NCBI GenBank assembly: GCA_963809665.1
Contig: CAWEKC010000005.1
Coordinates: 104,392-168,391, forward strand
Source of the DNA: Candidatus Gottesmanbacteria bacterium
Lineage (GTDB): Bacteria; Patescibacteriota; Microgenomatia; UBA10105; UBA927
DNA length: 64,000 nt
Reading direction: 5' to 3'
Shown here: one piece after another, positions 27,601-35,726 of the stretch
Layout: each line of letters starts with the position of its first letter
How positions within the stretch are numbered: the stretch's first letter is position 1
Translations under genes and position numbers: made by a program
The notes under the pieces: model-generated
Told to the model about the DNA's origin: nothing
The model's database searches: none
The model's input: only the letters and a program-made list of their open reading frames with translations

Positions 27601-28403
27601 AGTTTGCTCAGCGCGGCATGCCTATCACGCTCACCATGTCCGACTTCGACCTTGCGGATGCGGACTTTCAACGCATAGGCGCGTCGGGCCAACGGCGGAC
27701 CGACCAAGGCGACGCCATGTCAAGACTTGAGGCACGGAGCGCTCTGATGACCATACTAAACGACCCTGATGTTTCCCTTCCGGATAACCCAGAGAAGACA
27801 TTTATTCCCGTACTTAAGAAGCTTATGGGAGATATAAACAGTTATAAAGATGGATATTTTGCAGAAAAGCGATCTGCCATCATGCTAGATGCGGTATTAA
27901 GCCAGAATGTTGCAAAGGATTTTTACCGGGGCATAATTCAAGCAGTTCCGTTCTTGCCGGGGTTAATTCGCAATATTGTTGCACAGGACGCGCGGAAGCC
28001 GTTGGTCCGGGCGTTATTATGGCCCGCAAAGCAATTAGCCATGGGGTATGCAGACCTGAGCGGGCAATCCGAGTTACGTGAATTATTACAGTCGAATCCG
28101 GAAGAGTGGCCAAAAATATTCGGTCAGGAATTCATTTCGGAAGCTGCAGCGGTAAAGGGATTTCACGGTAATGCGCTTAAGGCGCTGGGGACAGAAAGAT
28201 TTATCCAGCAAATAGAGAAGTCGGGATTATTCACCCATCATGAGTTTCTTCACAATCTGAAGGATAAATATAAAACAAGGTTTCAGTTCAAGTTTGCCGA
28301 ATTCGGTATGCGGTATTGGTGGGTACCCTGGGCCGCAGCCCTCGCCGTGGGAATAATGATTGCGATGAAAGAGCAGGGGCTAGATTCGGACGGGCATAAA
28401 TAA
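24669..28403 (+). CDS. giant 1244-aa hypothetical protein with one predicted C-terminal TM helix (tail-anchored) and no recognisable catalytic motifs
   Basis: An uninterrupted ORF with balanced composition; the C-terminus RYWWVPWAAALAVGIMIAMKEQ is hydrophobic; it is convergent with the VirB6-like gene. Confidence 0.55.
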   Translation: MVSMAEAETKSETNVSKVIANILKAAREQSKQPKPEEVAKIVHRIYPEKKAAPDAKQARTDRIIENAKHVVVEAKIQGVHVSTGLHEWVGRNKLPILDKDPSQAFRIAKADLSVAIKASDLAEDHWVVRAASRVKNAESAEALAIIALAPEDVRENPNFMFQTAAQLAGSNLDPETQVTTKAFVAELKTLRGVDGFEMSDRQLSQALTEQGLGAMPAPSPDFDPALFSTLPNEAQDVFRALNSQLSGAATEVEKFEILDSFSDQIHAIDTKGFNQSQREVLSRLLVIKNSIERDLKFKISPRISVDKDWFRDNDLPIPKSKNFTFETRLSKEEIKAMCAKADEDGFDGFDRAYELLSDRIFTSGSEAHQPDITDSYEYKEIENLLRYVHGEESAIVNATRERWENDYRRNVVATRTITGGANEKELVESLPSAIASNTLNYEASIKFAPEAVAAEEQTIRELAAEQAFKCEKDTRYLKELIPDPDPHHIGEHISREEAWRRNPADFHGNEYIRTEDAMRAARGSIVHDEWFVPNSPKFARLIAVTKAMTDEIEDPVNPITEAAALVKYNDNANHELENLWKLVTLEKHPPPGGLYNPKYLNAIKGFSPLEIRTHKQLESFVKLKFLQQGRTWNEEVDNIKLRRAMFSARRYMVGSKRLFSLVGHLSNMPGLEIEAGAADVMPETLEYVMRTEVPERFVFARFGIGKEVGIRIMSVEQEELCALRGVTLDKNERLVPILNNSKSAKEESIPKRRYRTVLQKAKEKFGLRYTTLATGTLLESTSPFDYSTWRAEEGIWRVLQEKFGENARHMAYGTQLKLLGTYEGRIPETRKEVEAIKNYFERRRVLTEMTHRTPSFIFQLIGKDLDTSLENLRTTGAVHIDVSPGSTEGKKFFSILGLAERRVTTERSAPPGHNFFERGIFNLGTPTDFNEVFDDTLFHAVGITAREQIDALKVDYLKIIQTAQHVFNPRPEEGYLEQFAQRGMPITLTMSDFDLADADFQRIGASGQRRTDQGDAMSRLEARSALMTILNDPDVSLPDNPEKTFIPVLKKLMGDINSYKDGYFAEKRSAIMLDAVLSQNVAKDFYRGIIQAVPFLPGLIRNIVAQDARKPLVRALLWPAKQLAMGYADLSGQSELRELLQSNPEEWPKIFGQEFISEAAAVKGFHGNALKALGTERFIQQIEKSGLFTHHEFLHNLKDKYKTRFQFKFAEFGMRYWWVPWAAALAVGIMIAMKEQGLDSDGHK

Positions 28404-28407
28404 TAGT

Positions 28408-29820
28408 CTATCCTTCTTCTGCGGGAGGCGGTGGGGGATTGCCTTTGCCAGCCTCAATAGCATTATGAAGATCTCTATTACTTTGTAGTGTTTGTTTTTG
28501 AATTTTGTGGCTGGATATCATGCTTCCGATTTGAACTGCCTGCATGGCAATACCGCTTGCAGCACCCAGTCCTCCGCCCGTTCCGCCAAGAAGCGATTTA
28601 GTTTTAAGTGCCTGCTTGATGGAATTGGCCATACCCGGAATAGTGAGAAGTATTCCCAGACCGATAACTCCGATCCACCCCGAAGATCCTCCATTAGCGA
28701 GGAGCGGCGGGGTCCAGAGTTTGGTTGCACCCTGATCAAAATTGGCTAATATTGTCCCGACCATAAGCATCGCAGCGGTAACGGGGAATACGGCAATATT
28801 GGAAATTAAATTTTTGAACCACGACGAGAAGCCCGTACCGCCGGGGAATGCCTCGGTGAGAATTTGCAGCGGACCGATGAGCACGCTGATAAGAATTTGT
28901 ATATACGCGCCTACTAGCATAAATAATATACGAATCCACGCAATGACTAGTACAAGCGATACGATAATTGAAATGAGTGCACCGATGACCGGGGCGAGCG
29001 CACCCTCCGCGGCACCGGTAGCGCCTGCAGTAATGCCGCCGGTGAGAAGATCTGTAATGTTATTGACAGCAGCAAATCCCCCCCCGAACACCGCACTAAA
29101 GAGATTCCAGAATCCTCCGTTCACGTATGTTGATCCCGTTGTTGGCGCTAGTGCGCCGTTACTGACGGGAATCAACAGTGATGCGATGAGCGCGATCATC
29201 AAATACATGAGGTCAATCATAAATCCGACAATCGCATAAGAAAACGTAATCAGAAGAAGGGTAACGACGATTTTCGGTAGCGCATTCTGGACCGTCACAA
29301 CGGTCTTCGGATCGATTTTCTTCCGGAACATAACCATAAAACCAATAACAACCATCACGACCGCAAGCAGGGCATAGGCAATATTACGGAATCCCTTCCA
29401 GAGAGGAAGAAGAACGGAGAGACCGCTGAACCCGATTCCCTGCGCATTCACCTGACGCGGCATGAATCCGAGCGTTTGTCCGGTATCCCGTATCCACAGA
29501 GCCAGATCCGCAGGGGGATTGTTATACATGGCTACTGCCACGTTTTGCATTGAAGCAATTGCGCTCTTACCGTAATAGAATGCGCTTGCAGGGTTTGAGC
29601 TGCAGCCTGTAGCCATGCACGAGAATGTGTTCATGTAGAGCACCTGGGTATTTACGGTATACACTTCTTTGCTCATTTGTCCATTTTGAGATTTTTGGTC
29701 TACAACCGCGCCGAATTCTTCTGCGCTGGGCGCCGGATTAATCGCTTGTGCGTGGGCTGCCGGCACAAAAATCCAGCCAGTGAGAATGAGAACGAGGAAT
29801 ACGAGCAGCGTACGCTTCAT
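28408..29820 (-). CDS. VirB6/TrbL-like polytopic membrane protein with a signal peptide and a Pro-rich C-terminus
   Basis: Signal peptide MKRTLLVFLVLILTGWIFVPAAHAQA, a ~130-aa periplasmic segment, then at least six TM helices; it sits immediately upstream of the pilin array. Confidence 0.5.
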   Translation of the reverse strand: MKRTLLVFLVLILTGWIFVPAAHAQAINPAPSAEEFGAVVDQKSQNGQMSKEVYTVNTQVLYMNTFSCMATGCSSNPASAFYYGKSAIASMQNVAVAMYNNPPADLALWIRDTGQTLGFMPRQVNAQGIGFSGLSVLLPLWKGFRNIAYALLAVVMVVIGFMVMFRKKIDPKTVVTVQNALPKIVVTLLLITFSYAIVGFMIDLMYLMIALIASLLIPVSNGALAPTTGSTYVNGGFWNLFSAVFGGGFAAVNNITDLLTGGITAGATGAAEGALAPVIGALISIIVSLVLVIAWIRILFMLVGAYIQILISVLIGPLQILTEAFPGGTGFSSWFKNLISNIAVFPVTAAMLMVGTILANFDQGATKLWTPPLLANGGSSGWIGVIGLGILLTIPGMANSIKQALKTKSLLGGTGGGLGAASGIAMQAVQIGSMISSHKIQKQTLQSNRDLHNAIEAGKGNPPPPPAEEG

Positions 29821-29859
29821 AGATCTATTATGCTAACTATGTTGGTATGAGTCAATGTG

Positions 29860-30180
29860 TTAATAGCTGGGGATGGTAAATTGTGTGACATCTACGCCGG
29901 TAAATAAAGAAATCGTTTTCAGTATCAGGTAGGCAACAACGATAATAACGACGCCGGTGATAGCCGCCGTCAGCGTACCGCGCGCTTTCTCAAGTTTTTT
30001 CTGGTCTCCGCCGGATAACAGGAATCCGTAGCCCCCGACGATGAGCATCACAAATAAAGCAACGCCCACAAGCGCGGTGAGCGCCTGAACAACGCTGATA
30101 AATATCGGCTCAAAACATTTGAATGTTGCCACGTCCTGTGCATTTGGAAGTGTTGAGAAGCATCCTGACCAATCAGCCAT
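29860..30180 (-). CDS. TrbC/VirB2-like pilin family protein, copy 1 of a six-gene tandem array
   Basis: ~100 aa with two hydrophobic helices flanking the conserved motif LLSGGDQKKLEKARGTLTAAITGVVIIVVA. Confidence 0.55.
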   Translation of the reverse strand: MADWSGCFSTLPNAQDVATFKCFEPIFISVVQALTALVGVALFVMLIVGGYGFLLSGGDQKKLEKARGTLTAAITGVVIIVVAYLILKTISLFTGVDVTQFTIPSY

Positions 30181-30231
30181 GCAAACATTATCACGCAGAT
30201 TACGTTAGTAGGCAAGAGACAAGAGAGCGGT

Positions 30232-30561
30232 TTAGAACGGTGACGGTATTGAGATTGATCCGCCGATGATCTGTATGCCCAGGAAGTTCTGGACCAGAAT
30301 CATGACAGCCCATGCGGCGCCGACGATTATAAGTCCGACAATCGCGTGGGTAATTTTATTGCGGGCTGCTTCCATACCGGCTTTGTCGCCGCCGGACGTG
30401 ATCCACTGAATACCGCCCAGGATCAGGAAGAAGAACGCCATGAGTGCCGCAAGGATAAGGAGGAGACCGACGAGCGCACTGATGAGTTTCCCGATATCGC
30501 CGATTTTTACGTTCGTGGGTTGCGGGATAGTAATTTCTGCCTGTGCAAATACCTTTTCCAT
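30232..30561 (-). CDS. TrbC/VirB2-like pilin family protein, array copy 2
   Basis: ...ITSGGDKAGMEAARNKITHAIVGLIIVGAA. Confidence 0.55.
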   Translation of the reverse strand: MEKVFAQAEITIPQPTNVKIGDIGKLISALVGLLLILAALMAFFFLILGGIQWITSGGDKAGMEAARNKITHAIVGLIIVGAAWAVMILVQNFLGIQIIGGSISIPSPF

Positions 30562-30635
30562 AATTCCTCCTTATAACGATCGGTTTCTATTATATCCTTG
30601 CTCTCATTGTTGCGCAACCGTCTTCGGTTTGTCAA

Positions 30636-30992
30636 CTATTGATTAATGCCCGGAATGGTGAGGTGCGTGAGTTCAATACCGAAAAATCGTCCGACCAGCG
30701 TCATGATGGCGAACGCCGCCGCCACAATCACCAGCCCCATGATGGCGTTGGTGATACCATTCCGTGCCTTTTCAAGTGCCTGTTTATCTCCGCCCGCGGT
30801 AATCCATTGAAGGCCGCTGGTAATAAGAGTCATGAACGCGAGTAAGAACGCCGCGATAAACAGCGCACCGATCAGATTGCTGATAAGCAGTCCCAGCGCG
30901 TTGCCGCCCTGGCTTACATCAGGGTGTGAACCGCCCCCTAAAGCGGGAGGCAGGATGGGATTCCGGATTTGCGCAAGAAAATTTATTCTCAT
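30636..30992 (-). CDS. TrbC/VirB2-like pilin family protein, array copy 3
   Basis: ...ITAGGDKQALEKARNGITNAIMGLVIVAAA. Confidence 0.55.
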   Translation of the reverse strand: MRINFLAQIRNPILPPALGGGSHPDVSQGGNALGLLISNLIGALFIAAFLLAFMTLITSGLQWITAGGDKQALEKARNGITNAIMGLVIVAAAFAIMTLVGRFFGIELTHLTIPGINQ

Positions 30993-30995
30993 ACC

Positions 30996-31379
30996 TTATT
31001 TAATTTGTAATTGTTCTATGATTTTTGCGGGATCGCCGACAAGAATGTCATAGCCCAGGAACTGACCGACCGTCGCAATGATGATCCATGCGGCAACGAC
31101 GATAATGAGTCCGAAAAACCCGTTCATGATCCGCTGCCTGGCAGTTGTGAGCTTTTTTACGTCGCCCGCGCTGGAGATCCACTCATATCCGCCGAAGAGG
31201 AGCTGGAATAAAAACCAGATGCTGCCGGCGATCGTCATAAACCCGACGATTGCCGAAATAGCGTTGGTTACCTGGATAAGCGCTCCTGTGCCCGTTGTGG
31301 CGGGGTTTTTGCCGAATGGCCCCAATCCTTCACCCCCGATAGGGCCGAGCGGAACCTGTGTTTGTGCAAGAAGTGTCAT
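30996..31379 (-). CDS. TrbC/VirB2-like pilin family protein, array copy 4
   Basis: ...ISSAGDVKKLTTARQRIMNGFFGLIIVVAA. Confidence 0.5.
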   Translation of the reverse strand: MTLLAQTQVPLGPIGGEGLGPFGKNPATTGTGALIQVTNAISAIVGFMTIAGSIWFLFQLLFGGYEWISSAGDVKKLTTARQRIMNGFFGLIIVVAAWIIIATVGQFLGYDILVGDPAKIIEQLQIK

Positions 31380-31744
31380 GGGTTGGGTGCGTAAATCTTG
31401 GGATTTAAAATAAATCCTGCATCGCCGAATAATAAATATCCGAAGAGAGCGGCAAGAGCAAACGATCCGACGACAAGGATAAGTCCTATCAGCGACTGCC
31501 AGATTTTACTCATGGCTTTTTCAATCGCTTTGGAATCTCCGCCGGCACTCATAAATTGGAATCCCGCTAGGATAAGGTTAAAAAAGGCGAATAATCCCGC
31601 TACTACAAATACAAGCCGGAGAATATTAGTCAAAAACACTGTAAGACCACCGATGCCCCGATATGCTGGAGCAATCTGGTCGTTTGTGACCTTCCCGACA
31701 ATACTGGTTGCGTCCTGTGCGAATATTTTTTCTATACCGATCAT
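31376..31744 (-). CDS. TrbC/VirB2-like pilin family protein, array copy 5
   Basis: ...MSAGGDSKAIEKAMSKIWQSLIGLILVVGS. Confidence 0.5.
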   Translation of the reverse strand: MIGIEKIFAQDATSIVGKVTNDQIAPAYRGIGGLTVFLTNILRLVFVVAGLFAFFNLILAGFQFMSAGGDSKAIEKAMSKIWQSLIGLILVVGSFALAALFGYLLFGDAGFILNPKIYAPNP

Positions 31745-31749
31745 AATTA

Positions 31750-32133
31750 TTACAGTCCGACTATCTGCTTTAACATGGGCGAGCCCGTTATGGTGGCGAT
31801 CACCTGTACGATAAGTACAGACAGTACGACAATAAGAAGTCCTATGACCGCGCCGGTTATCGCATTTTTTCCCTGATTGGTTTGTTTTGCATCACCGCTC
31901 CCTGTTCCCATAATAACGCCGAATCCGCCTATAATCAATAAAACAAAGCTGATAATGCCGGCAAACACGACGGCATTTTTGACGATAAGGGTTACAATTT
32001 GACCAAAATCTGTAAATGTAGCCGCCGGAGCGAAAACGTTAGGGTCACCAATATTTACAGCCATGCATTTAGTGTACGGGAGTGTGATTCCACTGTCAAT
32101 TTGTGCTATAGTTATAGCCTGTGGACGACGCAA
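31750..32133 (-). CDS. TrbC/VirB2-like pilin family protein, array copy 6; probably starts at the internal Met (MAVNIGD, ~32064) rather than overlapping the sigma-factor start
   Basis: ...IMGTGSGDAKQTNQGKNAITGAVIGLLIVVLS. Confidence 0.5.
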   Translation of the reverse strand: MRRPQAITIAQIDSGITLPYTKCMAVNIGDPNVFAPAATFTDFGQIVTLIVKNAVVFAGIISFVLLIIGGFGVIMGTGSGDAKQTNQGKNAITGAVIGLLIVVLSVLIVQVIATITGSPMLKQIVGL

Positions 32134-32660
32134 ACATCATCCCTAAGATTCTTGCGCGCGACCGGCAGGCACTGCTGATATTTTACCGCAGGTATGCCCC
32201 GAAGCTCTCGCGTTTTATTGCCGGAAAGATCGCAAATCCGGCAGACGCGGAAGAGGTTTTGCAGGATACGCTCTACGCATTTCTGGAGGCTATCCGCGAT
32301 TTTCAGGGAAAGAGTAACATCCAGACCTTCTTATTTTCCATTTGCCAGCACAAAGTTATCGATTATTACCGGAGAAAGAAGCTGAAACACGCAGTCTTTT
32401 CCCAGATGCCGCAGCTTGAGGCGATTATTTCGCCGCTCGTAAGTCCCGAAGAACAGCTGGACGCCGTCCTGGTGCGTGAGAAAATCCATGCGGTATTGGG
32501 TAGGCTCTTGCCGCGCCACCGCCAGATACTGATGCTTAAATATCTGGACGGATTGTCCGTTGAGGAAATTGCAAAACGCCTGGCCATGACATTTAAGAGT
32601 GTCGAGTCCCAGCTTTTCCGGGCGCGCAAAGCCTTTGTTGAATATTTTATATCCATATGA
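32121..32660 (+). CDS. ECF-type RNA polymerase sigma factor (sigma-70 regions 2 and 4)
   Basis: Region 2 LQDTLYAFLEAIRDFQGKSNIQTFLFSICQHKVIDYYRRK; region 4 LSVEEIAKRLAMTFKSVESQLFRARKAFVEY. Confidence 0.8.
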   Translation: MDDANIIPKILARDRQALLIFYRRYAPKLSRFIAGKIANPADAEEVLQDTLYAFLEAIRDFQGKSNIQTFLFSICQHKVIDYYRRKKLKHAVFSQMPQLEAIISPLVSPEEQLDAVLVREKIHAVLGRLLPRHRQILMLKYLDGLSVEEIAKRLAMTFKSVESQLFRARKAFVEYFISI

Positions 32661-32887
32661 CCAATACCACATATCAGAAGTTTGTAAAGCGGTGGGAAGA
32701 GGTGACGGATCTGCCGCCGCAGACGGTGGGGCCGTTCACACCTCTCTATAAAGCAATTGCCCGGCGGCTTAAGGTTATGCCATGGCCGGTACTGGTGTTT
32801 TCAGCTGTCATTGTGGTTATCGGATTGTATTTACTTATCGGCTCTGCTATTACGCTCCTTGTCTCCATCCTCCAGCGAGGGTTTTAA
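32657..32887 (+). CDS. small single-pass membrane protein translationally coupled to the ECF sigma factor; candidate anti-sigma factor
   Basis: ATGA overlap with the sigma-factor stop; 76 aa with a short cytoplasmic N-terminus and then one TM helix. Confidence 0.35.
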   Translation: MTNTTYQKFVKRWEEVTDLPPQTVGPFTPLYKAIARRLKVMPWPVLVFSAVIVVIGLYLLIGSAITLLVSILQRGF

Positions 32888-32914
32888 CTCACACGTTACG
32901 ACTAATACGTATAC

Positions 32915-33532
32915 ATGGAAACATCGCTTATTGTCGCGCTCGTTGAATTCAGCAGGAATATTATAGGACTTGTTACCCGTCCATATGAGACTTGCCGCAG
33001 GATTGCGGATCGCGGTGGATTTGGAGAACTTGTATATGTAGCGGTACTTCTTTCCGTATATTTCGCTTTTGCGTCACTCGTAAAAGTTGCTTCATTCCGG
33101 CCGTTTTTACTTTCCCGCCAGTTTATCGTTCTTTGTGCTGCGACGGGGGGAACATATCTTTTTGCCGTTGCGCTTTTTTGGACGGCGGGAAAGTTGGTTG
33201 GGGCCCACGGACGGTTGAAGGGCCTTGCCGTCCTGTGGGGATATTCGCTTCTGCCTACGCTTCTTTGGTTTTTCACTACGTCTCTCCTATATCTTCTGTT
33301 GCCTCCGCCACGCACAACAAGCGTCCAGGGCATTCTTTTCAGTGTGTTATTCCTCGTGTTTTCCACCACGTTGTTATTATGGAAAATGACGATTGCGTAT
33401 TTATCACTCCGGTTCGGGCTCAGGCTGGGTTTAGGAAAAATTCTGGTTATATTGGTGGTCTCACTCCCGATTCTGGGACTGTATAGCTATTGGCTGTATC
33501 ATTTAGGGATATTCAGAATTCCATTTTTATGA
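32915..33532 (+). CDS. polytopic membrane protein, possibly Yip1-family-like
   Basis: 205 aa with ~5 TM helices; an ATGA overlap with the next gene. Confidence 0.4.
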   Translation: METSLIVALVEFSRNIIGLVTRPYETCRRIADRGGFGELVYVAVLLSVYFAFASLVKVASFRPFLLSRQFIVLCAATGGTYLFAVALFWTAGKLVGAHGRLKGLAVLWGYSLLPTLLWFFTTSLLYLLLPPPRTTSVQGILFSVLFLVFSTTLLLWKMTIAYLSLRFGLRLGLGKILVILVVSLPILGLYSYWLYHLGIFRIPFL

Positions 33533-34650
33533 ATATGAGGGATTACAAAACCGTTTCGGAAAGACGCAAGGCTTTTGAGAAAAAGCTTACCATAGATTTG
33601 AAACATATAGGCGCCTTTACGCTGGATGAATCGGCTGCTTCGACACGGAATTGCGAAAACATGATCGGCGCGGCACAGATACCCATAGGTGTTGCCGGCC
33701 CGCTTCGTATTACACATAAGGATTATTACGTACCGCTTGCAACGACCGAGGGGGCGCTTGTGGCATCCGTCAACCGCGGATGCAAGGCTATTACAGCATC
33801 AGGAGGTGCAATGGTTGACAGCTACAGGGTGGGTGCTACCCGCGGACCGGTATTTAAAGTAAAAAATCTCAAAGAAAGTGGTGAACTGAATGCTTTTTTG
33901 GTGAAAAATTTTGCGGAGTTTCAGAAGATTGCCGCTCAAACGTCACATCATCTCACATTGAAAAAATATATGGATCGCGGGGTAGGGCGATATCGCTATG
34001 TGCGTTTTGTTTTTGACACCCAGGATGCCATGGGCATGAACATGGTGACCATTGCGACGCAAAAACTTGTTAAGTTCATTGAAACACAAACGACAGCGCG
34101 CTGTATTTCTTTAGCAGGTAATTATGATGTGGACAAAAAGCCCTCGTGGCTCAACGTTATTGAAGGGCGTGGTGTCAAGGCGTGGGCAGAGGTCACAATT
34201 CCGGAGAGAATTCTACGGGGCGTATTAAAAGCCACCGCACAGAAAATGTATGACGTGTGGCTTGCCAAATGCATGATAGGATCGGCGATGTCCGGCTCGA
34301 TGGCGTTTAATGCGCACTATGCAAACATTGTTGCAGCGCTGTTTTTAGCAACAGGCCAGGATATTGCACATGTTGTGGAAGGAAGTTTAGGGATAACAAC
34401 AGCGGAGGTTATACAAAAAGATCTGTATGTAAGTGTGTATCTGCCGGATCTCATGGTCGGCACCGTCGGCGGAGGAACAGGGCTGGCGACCCAGCGTGAA
34501 GCATTGAAACTTTTTGGCGCGCAGGATAGCAGAAATTTTGCTGAAGTTATAGCGGGCACGGTTTTGGCAGGAGAAGTATCACTGTTGGCATCATTGTCCG
34601 AAGGGACACTGGCAAAAGCGCACAAAACGTTAGCAAGGGGAGGGAACTAA
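33529..34650 (+). CDS. hmgA: 3-hydroxy-3-methylglutaryl-CoA reductase (short archaeal/bacterial class I type)
   Basis: ENMIGAAQIPIGVAGPLRI...TTEGALVASVNRGCKAI...DAMGMNMV...GTVGGGT; the start is set at the ATGA junction MNMRDYK. Confidence 0.85.
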   Translation: MNMRDYKTVSERRKAFEKKLTIDLKHIGAFTLDESAASTRNCENMIGAAQIPIGVAGPLRITHKDYYVPLATTEGALVASVNRGCKAITASGGAMVDSYRVGATRGPVFKVKNLKESGELNAFLVKNFAEFQKIAAQTSHHLTLKKYMDRGVGRYRYVRFVFDTQDAMGMNMVTIATQKLVKFIETQTTARCISLAGNYDVDKKPSWLNVIEGRGVKAWAEVTIPERILRGVLKATAQKMYDVWLAKCMIGSAMSGSMAFNAHYANIVAALFLATGQDIAHVVEGSLGITTAEVIQKDLYVSVYLPDLMVGTVGGGTGLATQREALKLFGAQDSRNFAEVIAGTVLAGEVSLLASLSEGTLAKAHKTLARGGN

Positions 34651-35726
34651 TGGTCGGGATCGTTTCATACGGTACATATATTCCGGAGTATCGGATTAAA
34701 CTTGCCGATATTGCCTCGGCGTGGAAAAAGGACCCCCGGGAAGTGGTGGGATCATTAGGGGTCGAAGAAAAATCAGTGCCTGGCACGGATGAAGATGCGG
34801 TTACTATCGCGCTACAAGCCGCATTCAATAGTCTGGCGGCGTTTCGGGGAAAGCCTGCGGACATAGAAGCATTGTTCGTAGGTTCGGAAAGTCATCCGTA
34901 TGCCGTGAACCCCACTTCAACAATTGTCGGAGAACTATTGGGAGTCGGACACAATTATTTGGCAGCGGATCTGGAATTTGCCTGTAAGGCGGCAACTGCC
35001 GGTATACAGGCGGTTGCGGGACTTATTGAGTCCGGACAGACGGGCTTTGGTTTGGTCATCGGGGCGGACACTGCCCAAAGCAAGCCGCATGACGCGCTGG
35101 AGTATACCTCGGCGGCAGCGGGAGCCGCGTATCTTATGTCTGGCGAAGCTAGATCTCGCTCCGCGAGATCCGAGAAACAACAGCTCATTGCCAAGCTTCT
35201 CGCATACACGTCCTATTCCTCGGATACACCTGACTTCTGGAGGCGTGACGGTATCCGGTATCCCTCCCACGCCGGTCGGTTTACCGGTGAACCGGCATAT
35301 TTTGCGCACGTTATAGGGGCGGCAACCCGATTACTTACCAAGACTCATACGAAACCGGAGGATTTTGATTATTGTGTATTCCATATGCCTAACGGTAAGT
35401 TTCCGCGTGATGTTGCCCGCAGGCTGGGTTTTAGTAAAGAACAATTGTCTGCGTCCCTGACGGTGGATCACATCGGCAATCCGTACGCCGCGTCTGCCAT
35501 GCTGGGGCTTGCCGCAGTACTGGACAGAGCAAAACCGGGAGAGAAGATATTCATGACGTCGTATGGGTCTGGTGCCGGTGCGGACGCTTTTGTCTGGGAA
35601 ACGACCCCGCTATTGTCGCGGGTGCAAAGGATCCGCGGCAAGCGGGGTGATTTAGTCACCCAACAGATAGTGAAAAAAAATTACATCAATTATGTTGAGT
35701 ATTTGAAGCAGACACACAAAATATGA
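34650..35726 (+). CDS. HMG-CoA synthase, archaeal type
   Basis: MVGIVSYGTYIPEYRIKLADIASAWKKDP...GSESHPYAVNPTSTIV...FACKAATAG is characteristic of archaeal HMGCS. Confidence 0.85.
   Translation: MVGIVSYGTYIPEYRIKLADIASAWKKDPREVVGSLGVEEKSVPGTDEDAVTIALQAAFNSLAAFRGKPADIEALFVGSESHPYAVNPTSTIVGELLGVGHNYLAADLEFACKAATAGIQAVAGLIESGQTGFGLVIGADTAQSKPHDALEYTSAAAGAAYLMSGEARSRSARSEKQQLIAKLLAYTSYSSDTPDFWRRDGIRYPSHAGRFTGEPAYFAHVIGAATRLLTKTHTKPEDFDYCVFHMPNGKFPRDVARRLGFSKEQLSASLTVDHIGNPYAASAMLGLAAVLDRAKPGEKIFMTSYGSGAGADAFVWETTPLLSRVQRIRGKRGDLVTQQIVKKNYINYVEYLKQTHKI

Noticed and set aside
29860-32133. Alternative reading of the small tandem proteins as type IV pilins or pseudopilins (PilA/ComGC-like)
   Set aside because: None of the paralogs has the prepilin-peptidase site (G/FTLIE) or the hydrophobic N-terminal alpha1 helix with Glu5. 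The two-helix layout with a central charged loop fits TrbC/VirB2 better.
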